Source: an uncultured Fibrobacterota bacterium
GTDB lineage: Bacteria; Fibrobacterota; Chitinivibrionia; Chitinivibrionales; FEN-1185
DNA: 64,000 bases
NCBI GenBank assembly: GCA_963729895.1
Contig: CAVSQB010000002.1
Coordinates: forward strand, 32,001 to 96,000
Direction of reading: 5' to 3'
Shown piece after piece: positions 9,306 to 19,918 of this stretch (positions within the stretch are counted from its first letter, which is position 1; each line of letters starts with the position of its first letter). The translations under genes and the position numbers were made by a program. The notes beneath the pieces were generated by a model. It had not been told where the DNA came from. It made no database searches and saw only the letters and a list, made by a program, of their open reading frames with translations.

Positions 9306-10808
9306 ATGACACGAACGTTATTCCACGACGACGTCGTCTTTGTCTTTCCCGCCGCCGATTTTTCGGCATACGCGAAATACGGGGCAACGGTGATCGCTTC
9401 GGGCGGCAGCCATGACTCCGACTATGTCAACAGACTCAAACGCCAGGGCCTCCACGTCGCCGGCACCGTGTGGTGCCTTGCCGCCCGCAGCCACGACGTA
9501 CATGCAAACCCCGACCTTGCCGCGGCAACGGCCAAAGACATCGAAGGCAACCCCATTGCCGTGCCGTGGCTCCCCGCGAATTCCCCATCGGAAGCCCCCC
9601 GTTGCTTCGGATGCGTCAACCACCCCGTCTTTCGCGCTCACCTGCGGCGCACCGTGTGCGACGCCATGGCGGGCGGCGCGGACGGGCTGCATGTTGACGA
9701 ACCCCTCGGGATCTTTGCCGCCGCGCTCACCCTGGGCGGGTGCTTCTGCGATTTCTGCATGACCGGGTTCGCCTTGTATCTCGCAAAGCAAGCAAGCGAC
9801 GATCTGCTGCACACCGCAAAAGCGGGCACGTTCGAGGCGTTCGACTACAGGTCGTTTGTCAAGAACTACGCTCCGAGCCGTGAGCAGTACCTGTCGCTGC
9901 AATCCGCGATCCCCCTGCACCGGGAGTTTCTGGATTTCCAGCTTGCAAGCGCTTGCGACAACGTCGTGTCGCTCGGCAGGCTTGCCGCCGACGTCGCCGG
10001 CCGGCCCGTGAGCCTGAGCGCGAATGCCTGCCTGCCCGCACTCGAACATGCCGTGATTGTCCCGCATCTCACCTACTGCGCCAGCGAGGTTGCCCACAAT
10101 GCGGCGGAGGGAGCGCAGGGGCTTTCGCCGGCGGTAAGCGCCTACACCCTTGCCGAGGCGCTCGGCAAGCCCATGGCGGCCACCGCAACCGCGCCTGATT
10201 GGTCATTTGTAAGGGACCAGAATGCGGAACAACTGGTCTGCCTCTGGATTGCGCTCGCCTATGCATGCGGCCAGCGGTTCATGGTGCCCAACCGGATGCT
10301 CTGTTCTGCGCCGGGCGCGCCGTCGCAGTGGTACTGCGGGTCCATGTCCACGTTCGCACCCCTGTACTCATTTGTGAAGAAACACGGTTTTCTTCTTAAC
10401 GATTATGCGGCAGTCGGTCCGCTTGCGCCGCCCGGCCTGTTGCCGTCGTCCTTTGAAACCGCGGCCAAACGGCAGGCGCTCGGAGCGGCGCTTGCCGCGC
10501 ATCCGGCGGCGCCCCTTTGGGCCGGCGACAAGGCCTGGGTGTTCCCTCGAATCAAAGGAGACGGCGCCGTTGCGGTTCATGTGGTGAACCTGGACTACAA
10601 TGTTCATTCAAAACGGATCGCCGTGCAGACCGGACTCGAGGTGCGATTGCCGAACGCGCTCTTCAACCGGAATTTTTCCCGCGCAACCGCATATTCGTAC
10701 GGCGGCGAACCGCAAAAGATCGTCGTGACAAACGACGGCTCGACCAGCGTGTTTACGCTGCCGGAGGTCAAACTGTGGAGCATCGTGACCTTTGAGTACT
10801 GGGCCTAG
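9306..10808 (+). CDS. Hypothetical glycoside-hydrolase-like protein
   Basis: RBS AGGAGG. CVNHPVFR, GADGLHVDEP and a GCFCDFC motif as seen in GH42-like TIM barrels; beta-rich C-terminus. Confidence 0.55.
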   Translation: MTRTLFHDDVVFVFPAADFSAYAKYGATVIASGGSHDSDYVNRLKRQGLHVAGTVWCLAARSHDVHANPDLAAATAKDIEGNPIAVPWLPANSPSEAPRCFGCVNHPVFRAHLRRTVCDAMAGGADGLHVDEPLGIFAAALTLGGCFCDFCMTGFALYLAKQASDDLLHTAKAGTFEAFDYRSFVKNYAPSREQYLSLQSAIPLHREFLDFQLASACDNVVSLGRLAADVAGRPVSLSANACLPALEHAVIVPHLTYCASEVAHNAAEGAQGLSPAVSAYTLAEALGKPMAATATAPDWSFVRDQNAEQLVCLWIALAYACGQRFMVPNRMLCSAPGAPSQWYCGSMSTFAPLYSFVKKHGFLLNDYAAVGPLAPPGLLPSSFETAAKRQALGAALAAHPAAPLWAGDKAWVFPRIKGDGAVAVHVVNLDYNVHSKRIAVQTGLEVRLPNALFNRNFSRATAYSYGGEPQKIVVTNDGSTSVFTLPEVKLWSIVTFEYWA

Positions 10809-10816
10809 TCCGCGGA

Positions 10817-11986
10817 TTATTTCAGCAGAATCCGCCATTGACGAACGGCTTTGGGAAAGAAGGCCCACAACAGACGCAGAAGTTTGAAAAGGGAAAACCT
10901 GAAAGGCCGGGACCGGTCGGGCGCGGCCTTAAACACCGATTGAAGGGTGAAAACGGCGTCGGAGATCTCGGTATCGCTTGACGCCAGAAAGACTTCTTTG
11001 AGGACCAGGAAGACTTTCTGCTGTCGCCGGGGACGCCCGTTCCAGGTTCGCGAGTAGCACAGCAGATGATGCGTGCTTCCTTCACTCCTAAGAAGCGCGC
11101 CGACGCATGCATCGGCCGCTTCAAGGGCGTTCATGATCCCGGCTGCGGTGAGGGGATTACACTGCCGGGCGGCATCGCCCACCAGGACCACGTTGCCTTT
11201 GCAGAGATGCCGGGGGCACAGTGCCAGAGGCACGCAGCCCGTTACCAGGTTGCGCCTGGCCGCGTGAGGCATGCGCGATGCAAGGAAGGCTTCCAGAAAG
11301 CTCTCCGCCGTGGGCGGGCTGTGGTCGCTCCCGTAAAGGCCCGCCCCCACGGACACCGTCGTGCTTGATTTTGGGAAGACCCAGATGTAGCCCCGCGGAA
11401 TCATCCGGCTGCCGGCAAAGAAATGAAGGTAGCCGTCGTTACAGAATCCGCTTTCGACCGTATACTGGACAGAAGAGAATGCCTCGCTCTCCGCAAGCGG
11501 GACGGTGATGCCCGCCCAGCGGCCCACCAGGCTCTCGCAACCGTCGGCCCCTATCAGGAAATCGGCCTCCACGTTCTTGCCGTTTTCCAGAAGCACGCCG
11601 CCGAACGTTGCACCCGACCGCACAAGGCCGACAGCGGGCGTTGTGAGCCTGATCTCCATGCCGCTGGATGTGCCGGCCGCGGCAAGCGCCTGCTCGAACC
11701 TGTCGCGGTGCAGCACGACACCCGCCTGGGGTACGGCCCGGCTCGCCGCCTCCGCGCCGTTCAGGTGAAACGCGAGTCCCTCGATGTCGCGCGCTATCCA
11801 CGATTCGTCAATCTTTACAAACCGGCTGAGTTCCGCCCGGTTGCCTGTCGCTTCTCCGCAGGGGACGGGCACGCCGATGGCGCTCCGGCGATCCACGACC
11901 ACCACCCGCCAGCGATTTTGAGCCAGCTTCATGCCGGTATACAGGCCGGCGATGCTCGCGCCGACGATGGCGGCGTCATATTTCAT
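10817..11986 (-). CDS. Geranylgeranyl reductase family FAD-dependent oxidoreductase
   Basis: GASIAG, PVPCGEA, RDRFEQ, IGADG, GYIWVFPK, VGDAARQCNPLTAAGI. Confidence 0.85.
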   Translation of the reverse strand: MKYDAAIVGASIAGLYTGMKLAQNRWRVVVVDRRSAIGVPVPCGEATGNRAELSRFVKIDESWIARDIEGLAFHLNGAEAASRAVPQAGVVLHRDRFEQALAAAGTSSGMEIRLTTPAVGLVRSGATFGGVLLENGKNVEADFLIGADGCESLVGRWAGITVPLAESEAFSSVQYTVESGFCNDGYLHFFAGSRMIPRGYIWVFPKSSTTVSVGAGLYGSDHSPPTAESFLEAFLASRMPHAARRNLVTGCVPLALCPRHLCKGNVVLVGDAARQCNPLTAAGIMNALEAADACVGALLRSEGSTHHLLCYSRTWNGRPRRQQKVFLVLKEVFLASSDTEISDAVFTLQSVFKAAPDRSRPFRFSLFKLLRLLWAFFPKAVRQWRILLK

Positions 11987-12177
11987 GTGTCAAGATTTTC
12001 CTGTGTCGCCTTGACGGCAGAGATCGGGCAGAAACGGAAACAGTTGCCGCAGCGGATGCAGTTTTCGGCGATCCTGCCGGCGCCGTCGCGGATGAGCACG
12101 GCCTGCGCCGGGCACACCGAGGCGCAGCCGCCGCAAAACGTGCATCGTGTCTGGTCGATGGAATATGAAGGTGACAT
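11983..12177 (-). CDS. 2x[4Fe-4S] ferredoxin
   Basis: CTFCGGCASVCP and CIRCGNCFRFCP; stop overlaps the reductase start. Confidence 0.88.
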   Translation of the reverse strand: MSPSYSIDQTRCTFCGGCASVCPAQAVLIRDGAGRIAENCIRCGNCFRFCPISAVKATQENLDT

Positions 12178-12247
12178 GGTACCGGAAAAGAAAAAACAAT
12201 TGCAACAGCCCGTCGCGAGTGCCGGCAGGGCCGCGTGTTAGTTGTCT

Positions 12248-13933
12248 TTACCTTTTGTTTACCTCACCCCTGCCCGGCGGAGGTTGCTGGCGAGGCTGCT
12301 GCTGCCATTGTGATTGCGCCTGCGCCCGGACCGTTGATTCGACGGTTTCTTTCCGCTGCACTTCCACACGCGCTTCGGAGTTGAGCTCCCGTACCTGGTT
12401 TTGAAACTGTTCCGTCGGCCGGCTTACCGGCGGAACGCTCACCGGTTGACTTCTCTCGGGCGCTTTGGCGGCAGGTTGTCTGTTTTCGGCACGCGGCGGC
12501 TCCGCACGGAAAACAGGGACGGGTTGCGGAGTTCTCGGAAGAATTATCTCCTCCGGCGGTTTCCAGGATTGCGCTCTTTGCACATGTTGTTGGGCTTGCC
12601 GCGCCTTCAGTTCCTGCACGGCCTCTTCCCCTTTCAAAGCGGCCAGTTTCGATTGGTTCGTTTCTTGTTTTGCCTGTTCGTCAAGGCGGGCTCTTTCCGC
12701 CTGTGCAGCCCGGGCGGCCGCACTCTGGTCCTTTGCGGTAAGGTCCGCGGTCCTCCGGTCGCTCTGCAACATTTGCCACGACTGCGGATTCGCCTTTGGC
12801 GTTACAACTCTGCCGAAGCCGGAACTACTTTTTGTGAACCGCTCCTTTACCGCAACGGGGTCCTGCGGCGCCGCCGCCGAAATTAAAGGCTTGTAAATCA
12901 ATAATTTGCTTGTACTCAACGTGGTCCTCTGGATAGGCTCACCCGGCCGGAGGTGCTCTTCGACAAGGGCAACGGGGCTGATGCGCGTCTTGGCCGCTTT
13001 TTCCACTGCCGAAACCGGCACTCCTTGATTGACCAGGTGGTTGTTTGCAACAGAGAAACTGTTTTTTTGGAAGACAGTCCTCCTGTAGATGTCCCCGGCA
13101 TGGGATGAGGGCACCACATGGGCGAACGGATGGCGGTCGTAAAAATGGTCCATCGGAACAAAGTAAAAATCGCTGAACGAAAGTCCGAATTCGGAATCGT
13201 CATCCACCAGGGAGGCTCCGAAGAAAAAACCCTGGTTGGCTACGAACCTGCCTCTTGGCGGGAGCGCCGCCCAGCCGCAATAATCGGACCCTGTTCTCCA
13301 GGCGACCCACGCAGGTCCCCATTCGTTATCGGGCTGCCAGAGCCATCCGTAGTTTGGCCGGCGGAACCAGCGGCCGTAATGGAACGGCGCCCATCCCCAG
13401 CTGTAACTGGAAACCCAGGTCCAGCCGTAGTCCGTCCAAGCCCAGTGCCCGTGATTGCAATAAGGCGCCCAGTCGTCATCGAGCGTGGTCGCGTTAGGCT
13501 GCCAGCACCAGTTTCCGTCGACATCGACCCACGTGCCATAGGGATACAACGCGGAGTAAAAAAATGAAATGTTCTGTTCATCCGCAGGGGGGGCCGTTAC
13601 CGGCGAAACAGCGGCCTGGGCGGATGGCGCTGCGGTTGATTCGGGATATGCAGGTTCGGTGTCGGTTGTCACCAGGGAATCGTTTTGCTGATCGTGTTTG
13701 AGTGCTTCGATGATCAGTTTTGAGGAAACGCCCAGGTCCCTGAGCGTCACGATGTCGGCGGATGTCAAGGCGAACGGTGTGGTGGAATTCTCGATATATG
13801 CCTTCACCACTTCCTCATCGACCCCGGATTTTGCAAGAGTGATGAGATCGTCGGCGGTTCCGGCAGTTACTGTGGAAAGGGCGGCCGCCAGCAGCACCAA
13901 CGGTACGATGCCGATACAACGGTAAGAATACAC
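12248..13933 (-). CDS. DUF6600-like secreted protein with W/G/Y-rich domain and low-complexity tail
   Basis: Signal peptide; LYPYGTW...WAPY.NHGHW...WGWAPFHYGRW...WGPAWVAWR...GWAALPP; Q/P/A-rich C-terminus. Confidence 0.75.
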   Translation of the reverse strand: MYSYRCIGIVPLVLLAAALSTVTAGTADDLITLAKSGVDEEVVKAYIENSTTPFALTSADIVTLRDLGVSSKLIIEALKHDQQNDSLVTTDTEPAYPESTAAPSAQAAVSPVTAPPADEQNISFFYSALYPYGTWVDVDGNWCWQPNATTLDDDWAPYCNHGHWAWTDYGWTWVSSYSWGWAPFHYGRWFRRPNYGWLWQPDNEWGPAWVAWRTGSDYCGWAALPPRGRFVANQGFFFGASLVDDDSEFGLSFSDFYFVPMDHFYDRHPFAHVVPSSHAGDIYRRTVFQKNSFSVANNHLVNQGVPVSAVEKAAKTRISPVALVEEHLRPGEPIQRTTLSTSKLLIYKPLISAAAPQDPVAVKERFTKSSSGFGRVVTPKANPQSWQMLQSDRRTADLTAKDQSAAARAAQAERARLDEQAKQETNQSKLAALKGEEAVQELKARQAQQHVQRAQSWKPPEEIILPRTPQPVPVFRAEPPRAENRQPAAKAPERSQPVSVPPVSRPTEQFQNQVRELNSEARVEVQRKETVESTVRAQAQSQWQQQPRQQPPPGRGEVNKR

Positions 13934-14196
13934 GGGGTTCTCCTTAACAAAAGGTGATGCAACCTCGGCAGCGCTTCATCTCCCGGCTCATGCCGGTCGA
14001 CGCTCCAGTATCTTTGCCCTCCGAAGCTGATTCGCACAGGCTGATTTTTCTCGGTAACACTCAGGCATGCCGCAGGATATCGAAAAATCGCACCAGTCCC
14101 GGTTGCGACACGTCAGGGGCAGCCTGCGGGAATAAACCTATAGATAAAATATATGATACTGCAGAAGCTTTATCCAAATTCTCCTCCGGAAAGCGG

Positions 14197-17100
14197 TCAT
14201 CGCGGCGGATTGATGGCCAGCTTCTCGATGGGGCTTTTAACCACCTGCTGGTTCAGCTGGTCCACGGCGTACATCTGGTACAAATAGACTCCCGGCGACA
14301 GTTTGTTGCCGAAAGCGTCTCTTCCGTCAAACGGCTCGCCCCGCTTTGCGTCGTTGATCACTCGCACCAGACGGCCGGAGAGCGTAAACAGCCTTATTGC
14401 CACCACCACCCTGTCCTGGTCCGTTTGGGTCACCGTCTTGGAAAGATCGTAATAGAAACTGCATCCCTGGCCCATGCGCATCGGATTCGGATAGGTAAAA
14501 ACATGGTACAGGGCAAGCGCCTGGTCGGTGGTGACCTCAAAGGTCACGCTCCTCTTGGCCACGTTCCCCAGAAGATCCTGCGCGGTAATGTTTATGGTGT
14601 ACGGTCCAGGGGTCATCGCTCCTGCGTCAAACGTCCAATCCGCGGTCCCCCGACGGTAGTCGCCCTGGGCAAACTGGAATTTGCTGTCGATATTTGTGCG
14701 CGCAATCACTCCCGGGACCTCGAATGTTATTCCCTCATTCGGGCCGGTGGACACCGCATCGATGCCGCTGGAATCAAACATCAGGATCTCCAAGGTGACC
14801 GGAAGCGTAGCGGAAACCTTGTCCGTGGAGGAAGCTCCCGTGCTGGATGGCGCCGCGGACGATGAGGAACCTCCCTGATACACCGGACGTACCGAAATGG
14901 TCGGGCCAACCGTGTCGGTAATCTTGGTTGATGCAAACCCGTGGAACAGGAAACTGCCCCTGCACCCGAGCCCGACGCTGTCTTCAACCCACGCGTACGC
15001 GGTGAGGCGCACGCCCGGAGTATTGAATGTGACATTCTTCGGCAGCAAGATACTCTGCTGAAAAGCCCCGTTTGTAACCTGGGTCTGTCCGGCGAATATC
15101 GGAGTTCCCGGCATCTTGTACGACGGGTTCGACGCAGTACCGTTGTCCTTGCGTGTGGCAAGATAGGCTGGATTGAACATGCTTAACTGTACCTTGGCCG
15201 TGCCGCCGCCCGCGCTGAACCGGGTGTCGACGGTGCCGTCCTTCTTTATGATAGTGCCCCGAATCGTCACCTGTTCAAGCGCCTTGAGCGTGTCGTTCAA
15301 CGGAGTCCCGTTGTTGTCGGTCACGGTGAGCGAAACCCTGCGGCCGGGCCGCATCAATTGAATGGAAGGATCTCCAAGGTACGAGTAGATCTGCTCGTTT
15401 TGATCCTGGACCACGGCTTTTGCCAGGGCAAGCGCCTCGCCGATCGTCCGGGCGGCGGTATCGGAAGTGTCAAAGGCAAAGGAGAAGAAATTCTGCGCAA
15501 GCTGTTCATTGTCGGTGGAGAATGCTTCGCGTGTGGCGGAGATGGTCGAAATCGCCCCGCTGTTATGAGCCAGCACGCAGCAGGCGGACAGGCATTGCTG
15601 GCCGGGCTGGTCGAACATGCCTACGGAACACGAAAACGAGGAGATCATGGGATACTGGCCGTTGTTATGAAGATTGACGATATCATCGGGCATAAAAATG
15701 TGCTCGTCGGCCCACACGATGGGAGATCCGTGGCCGAAATAGTTGACAAAAGCAACGCCGTTGTTGATGTCGTTGAGAAGCGCCTGTTTTGCCTCGGGCT
15801 TTTCGAGCTGGGCGTCAAACGGATATTCGAACTCATTCACCTTTTCCACATTGATTGCGGGACGCAAATGTTCCACCACCGTGTCGATGAGTTCGGACGA
15901 CTCCAGGTGCTGGGTGCCCAGCGGGTCCGGCTGCGTGCCCTGCATGTCGTCGTCGTTCACCAGGAGCAGGCAATTGCGCCATGCGCCGAAATCCGGTGCA
16001 GGGTTCGAGGAAGGATTCTCCATTTGAATTATCTTGTTCACCACCTGCGAGGCATCCTGGGATGTCTTACACGGAATCCGGCCCAGGAAGCAATCGGGTG
16101 TTGATGCGGTATTGTCGGGAGTGTCACCGGGGTCCAGGTACACAAAATAATCCTCAATGCACAAACCGTTGAACTCCGCAACCGGCATGAAGCTCGTGTC
16201 CTGGGTTGCGATGTTGCGATAGTCGTAGTGGCCGCTGCCCATGAGCACAACGTAATCAAAAGACACGCCCCACTGTGAGCCGACATTCTCGCGAACATAT
16301 TCGAGACAATTGCGAAGCGCGGAAGGATCCGTATTCCCGCCCGAGAATTGAGCATATATATCGGAAATCGACATTGCCACCGGGTTGGCAAACTGGCCGA
16401 TGGACTTCTTCTCCCGCGCCAACACCTGGGCCGGAACAATGAAGTTGGGGTGCGTGACGACAAGGTAGTCTACGGGCGCCGAAATGCTGCGCAGGTCTCT
16501 CACGGTGTACGAGGAACTGGTCCTTGGCCCAACGAGCGAAAGAACAGGAGAACTCCCGATGCCCTGCGGCGTGCACACATAGTATCGCACGCCGATGCCC
16601 GCCGTGTCGGTCCACTGGTACGTCCCGCCGCCCCGCACCGTATCCACGAGCATCATGGAAGCGTCGCAATTGCCTATTCTTAAAATGTAAACCAGGTCCG
16701 AGGGAAGACCGCTTAACTGATAGCGCACCATTCCGGATCCCTCCGGAGAAAAGATGGTCATGGAAGACCGGTTTGTCATGTCGAGCTTCTGCCAGCACCG
16801 TACTTCCATCTGGTCCAACTCAATGGTATCGTTTCCTACGTTTGCAGTGAAAGTCATAGAATTGCCGGGGCTATACGTAAAGGGAAACCACGCGCCGTAC
16901 TGGCACCCGGCGCACACCGACGAGCCGCCGTAACTCACCGTCATGCTGGGCGAGGAGGGTCCCAAAATCACCTGCAGGCTGCAGGGTTCGGCAGGGTCGG
17001 CATTCGGAAGAAGCACGGTGTCGATGAAAGCGGACGAAATGGTATAGGACGGCATGGAACTGGAGAACCTTTGCCACGCCCACTGAAGGCCGCCGTTAGT

Positions 17101-18264
17101 CTCGCTCAAAATGGGCCACACCGATTTCTTGAACAGAACATGGTTCTCGAATGATGTGACGACGGGGATCTGGCCCTGGACCGCGGCCATCTTCGTGAGC
17201 GAAAGGGCGGTATCCGTCTTGGCGATCCAATAGTGGCGGTAATCGTCGTAGTGATCGATCTGGTACGAAAAACGGTGCGCGGTTGTGTCGTATTTCCAAT
17301 CGGAAATGCTGCTCACGTACGCAAGAAAATAGTCTGATGAATCAAGCATGCCGTTGCCGTTGACGTCAAACCGGGCCATCGGCACTTCGCTGAGGCCGTT
17401 GGGGATCTGGTCTGCCGCCGACGTCGGCACCGGAAGCTCCCCTTTGTACGATGCGAACAACGCTACCCGGCCGATGGGTATCGGGCCTCCCAATATGCGG
17501 ATGATATCGCTCCCGCGCAGTTTAATAATTCCGTTCTCGTTGATAGTTCCTTCGTTGAATCCGCTGTGGCCGTCGCCGATGGTAAAGGAGAGCAACGTGT
17601 CCGCCGCCTGCAGCGGATATCCCGCTGTTGCCGCGCGCTTCGCCAGCGGCGCGGCGGGTGTCCAGCCGCCGGCCACCGAATAGTTCAGAATGAGCCGCCG
17701 CAGCATGTTCGTATAGTCGGATTGCGCAGGAGAAGAAACGCTCCTGGACCCGGAATACGGCGGAAACTCGACCGTGATTTCCGCTTTGTCGAGAACCTGC
17801 AGCGTCCGGCCGTCCTTCTGGTACGAAATGGGCCGTAGAATGAACTGCGCCCCTCTCAACCGGCCGTACTTGGTGTACATCGCATTCGAGATCCACGGAT
17901 TGGTAAACCGCAGTCCCGGGTACCTCGACCCGGTCCCGGGAGCGCTCCTCACGCGCAGCGGATTGCCCAGCGTTTCCACATGGGTCGCGGTGGAAGTGAC
18001 CCTAATGGATACTACGCCCTGCGGGGGCACCCCAAAGTGCAAAGAAACCGCGGGAACCACGGGTTCGCCATTGTCACCCAAATCCGCGTTTTCTCCGGAA
18101 AATGCAACAGAGGAGGCGCTTTTGCTCACCTGGTTTATTCGAAGGTTGCTTGTGGTCCACTCAAAGGTGAATCTTTTCGCGGAGTTCTCGATAACGCGGA
18201 TCGACGGATACGAGGAAACGGCACATACAAGGCAGTACACCAGTACACGTGCGCACGTTCGCAT
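14197..18264 (-). CDS. porU: Type IX secretion system sortase PorU (peptidase C25)
   Basis: IYAQFSGG..DP.ALR, LGRIP, catalytic NYFGHG and SFSC, YLGDP, and a C-terminal YPNP...GVYLY domain. Confidence 0.85.
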   Translation of the reverse strand: MRTCARVLVYCLVCAVSSYPSIRVIENSAKRFTFEWTTSNLRINQVSKSASSVAFSGENADLGDNGEPVVPAVSLHFGVPPQGVVSIRVTSTATHVETLGNPLRVRSAPGTGSRYPGLRFTNPWISNAMYTKYGRLRGAQFILRPISYQKDGRTLQVLDKAEITVEFPPYSGSRSVSSPAQSDYTNMLRRLILNYSVAGGWTPAAPLAKRAATAGYPLQAADTLLSFTIGDGHSGFNEGTINENGIIKLRGSDIIRILGGPIPIGRVALFASYKGELPVPTSAADQIPNGLSEVPMARFDVNGNGMLDSSDYFLAYVSSISDWKYDTTAHRFSYQIDHYDDYRHYWIAKTDTALSLTKMAAVQGQIPVVTSFENHVLFKKSVWPILSETNGGLQWAWQRFSSSMPSYTISSAFIDTVLLPNADPAEPCSLQVILGPSSPSMTVSYGGSSVCAGCQYGAWFPFTYSPGNSMTFTANVGNDTIELDQMEVRCWQKLDMTNRSSMTIFSPEGSGMVRYQLSGLPSDLVYILRIGNCDASMMLVDTVRGGGTYQWTDTAGIGVRYYVCTPQGIGSSPVLSLVGPRTSSSYTVRDLRSISAPVDYLVVTHPNFIVPAQVLAREKKSIGQFANPVAMSISDIYAQFSGGNTDPSALRNCLEYVRENVGSQWGVSFDYVVLMGSGHYDYRNIATQDTSFMPVAEFNGLCIEDYFVYLDPGDTPDNTASTPDCFLGRIPCKTSQDASQVVNKIIQMENPSSNPAPDFGAWRNCLLLVNDDDMQGTQPDPLGTQHLESSELIDTVVEHLRPAINVEKVNEFEYPFDAQLEKPEAKQALLNDINNGVAFVNYFGHGSPIVWADEHIFMPDDIVNLHNNGQYPMISSFSCSVGMFDQPGQQCLSACCVLAHNSGAISTISATREAFSTDNEQLAQNFFSFAFDTSDTAARTIGEALALAKAVVQDQNEQIYSYLGDPSIQLMRPGRRVSLTVTDNNGTPLNDTLKALEQVTIRGTIIKKDGTVDTRFSAGGGTAKVQLSMFNPAYLATRKDNGTASNPSYKMPGTPIFAGQTQVTNGAFQQSILLPKNVTFNTPGVRLTAYAWVEDSVGLGCRGSFLFHGFASTKITDTVGPTISVRPVYQGGSSSSAAPSSTGASSTDKVSATLPVTLEILMFDSSGIDAVSTGPNEGITFEVPGVIARTNIDSKFQFAQGDYRRGTADWTFDAGAMTPGPYTINITAQDLLGNVAKRSVTFEVTTDQALALYHVFTYPNPMRMGQGCSFYYDLSKTVTQTDQDRVVVAIRLFTLSGRLVRVINDAKRGEPFDGRDAFGNKLSPGVYLYQMYAVDQLNQQVVKSPIEKLAINPPR

Positions 18265-18581
18265 TGTTCTTTATCTTCCTTACTGTAAATGAGAAAATGC
18301 CTACACCCTACACCCTGCGATCCCGGGGCTGCAAAACAAATCCCCGCCTCACACACCGCCGATTCTCCGCATCGCGAACACTTAACCTCCTGATAGTACG
18401 TTTATAAAAGACTCTTTAATGTGGGGTAATGGGGTTTTATCGGAAAATCCAAACTCCGGACCGTTCAAGAAACTTTGTGTGAGCTGAACAAGGGTGATGC
18501 ATGACCACCGCCGTAAAGTGCACTTTGTGACCGTGAAAGTGTCCGCTCCCTCGGCGAACCTCGCCAAGCCCGCTGAGTCGA

Positions 18582-19652
18582 TTACAGCACATACTTAGAA
18601 ACGTCTGCAAACGGGATTACCGCCGGCAACCGCCCCTGCTGGATCACGGTGTAGGTTCCGCCCGTTGGTTTGCCGCCATCCACCGTGATATTGTAGACAA
18701 CAGCGCCCGAATAAATACCTGTTGCAAAGACCGTGTCCGTGACCGTGCCGGACTGGGAAAGTATGTTGGTGATCAGCGTATATTGGGTGCCCGTAAGCGT
18801 CAGATAGAAATCGCGATAGTCGACGTAGTTGATGGCGACATGCACCGATATTCCGCTCAGGGCCGCGTTATAGGAAAGGGTGCCTGTCGAGTCGCCCTGC
18901 ACCTGTTCGGAGCCGAGCGAACCGAGCTTGGTGAGCTTGGCCTGGGAATACTTGACAGTCGCGTTCACAACGATGAAGAACTCCGTGTCGGAAACCATCC
19001 TGAATCCATTATCAAAGGAATATTCGGTGGTTCCCAGGGAATCATCCGCAACCGCAAGCCTGTAAAGATGCGGTCCGGGCGCCACAGGGGAATCAAGGCA
19101 CATGGTGTCCACCGTCGTTGTGCACATCGGCGTCCACGACGCGCCGGTGGAGTCGGACCGGGAGGCGATGACCCGGATGCCGGACAAAGGCTTTTTCCAG
19201 GTAAGCAGCACCCTGTCTGCAAAGGAACCGTGCGAGGCGGTAAAAGCGGAGACATATCGTGTGGTGCTCAGCAGGGCCATGCCAATATCCGAAATGCTCG
19301 GCATGCTTGTGTCTCCATTCCTTAGGATCGTGCGGACACGGTAGGAGTAGACGGTTTCCGGAACAACGGAGGAATCAAAATATTCCACTCCGGATACCCC
19401 GGAAGAAATAAGAAAAAAGGAATCGACCGAGCCTGTTGCACGGTAGACAAGATAGCACCTGGCGCCGGAAACACTGTCCCAGGTGATTTTTACCTTCCCG
19501 CTTTTGAGCGTATCGGAAGCCGCGACGTTTGAAGGTATTTCCTGGAAACTGTTCATGGCCTCAGCTGGCCCAACCGATGAACCGGAGCATCCACAGATCA
19601 GCCACGTCAACGCGCCAATAAATCCCGCAATGGAAACGACTGTTTTTCTCAC
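18582..19652 (-). CDS. Fibronectin type III-like lipoprotein
   Basis: Lipobox LICGC; ITWDSVSGA..Y.VYR and YSYRVR FN3-like motifs. Confidence 0.7.
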   Translation of the reverse strand: MRKTVVSIAGFIGALTWLICGCSGSSVGPAEAMNSFQEIPSNVAASDTLKSGKVKITWDSVSGARCYLVYRATGSVDSFFLISSGVSGVEYFDSSVVPETVYSYRVRTILRNGDTSMPSISDIGMALLSTTRYVSAFTASHGSFADRVLLTWKKPLSGIRVIASRSDSTGASWTPMCTTTVDTMCLDSPVAPGPHLYRLAVADDSLGTTEYSFDNGFRMVSDTEFFIVVNATVKYSQAKLTKLGSLGSEQVQGDSTGTLSYNAALSGISVHVAINYVDYRDFYLTLTGTQYTLITNILSQSGTVTDTVFATGIYSGAVVYNITVDGGKPTGGTYTVIQQGRLPAVIPFADVSKYVL

Positions 19653-19918
19653 GAAAACAATCCTTCGAATGATGATGACAGTCGGGTGAATATTTCTTTT
19701 CGCGGCGGAGGACCGGCGATTCTATCGTGAAAATACTTTGGCCGCAGATCGCCCGGCAATGATGTCGCACCGGATGCCTCTTTCTTGCCGGCATTTGGCG
19801 TCTCCGGATTTACGCTCAGGCATGCGAAAAAGATTGCTTGCATAGAGGCAAATATCGTGGTATTTTATCTGCCTTGCACGGGCCAACCCTTTCCACCCTG
19901 CTTCAAGAAGGAGTCAGC

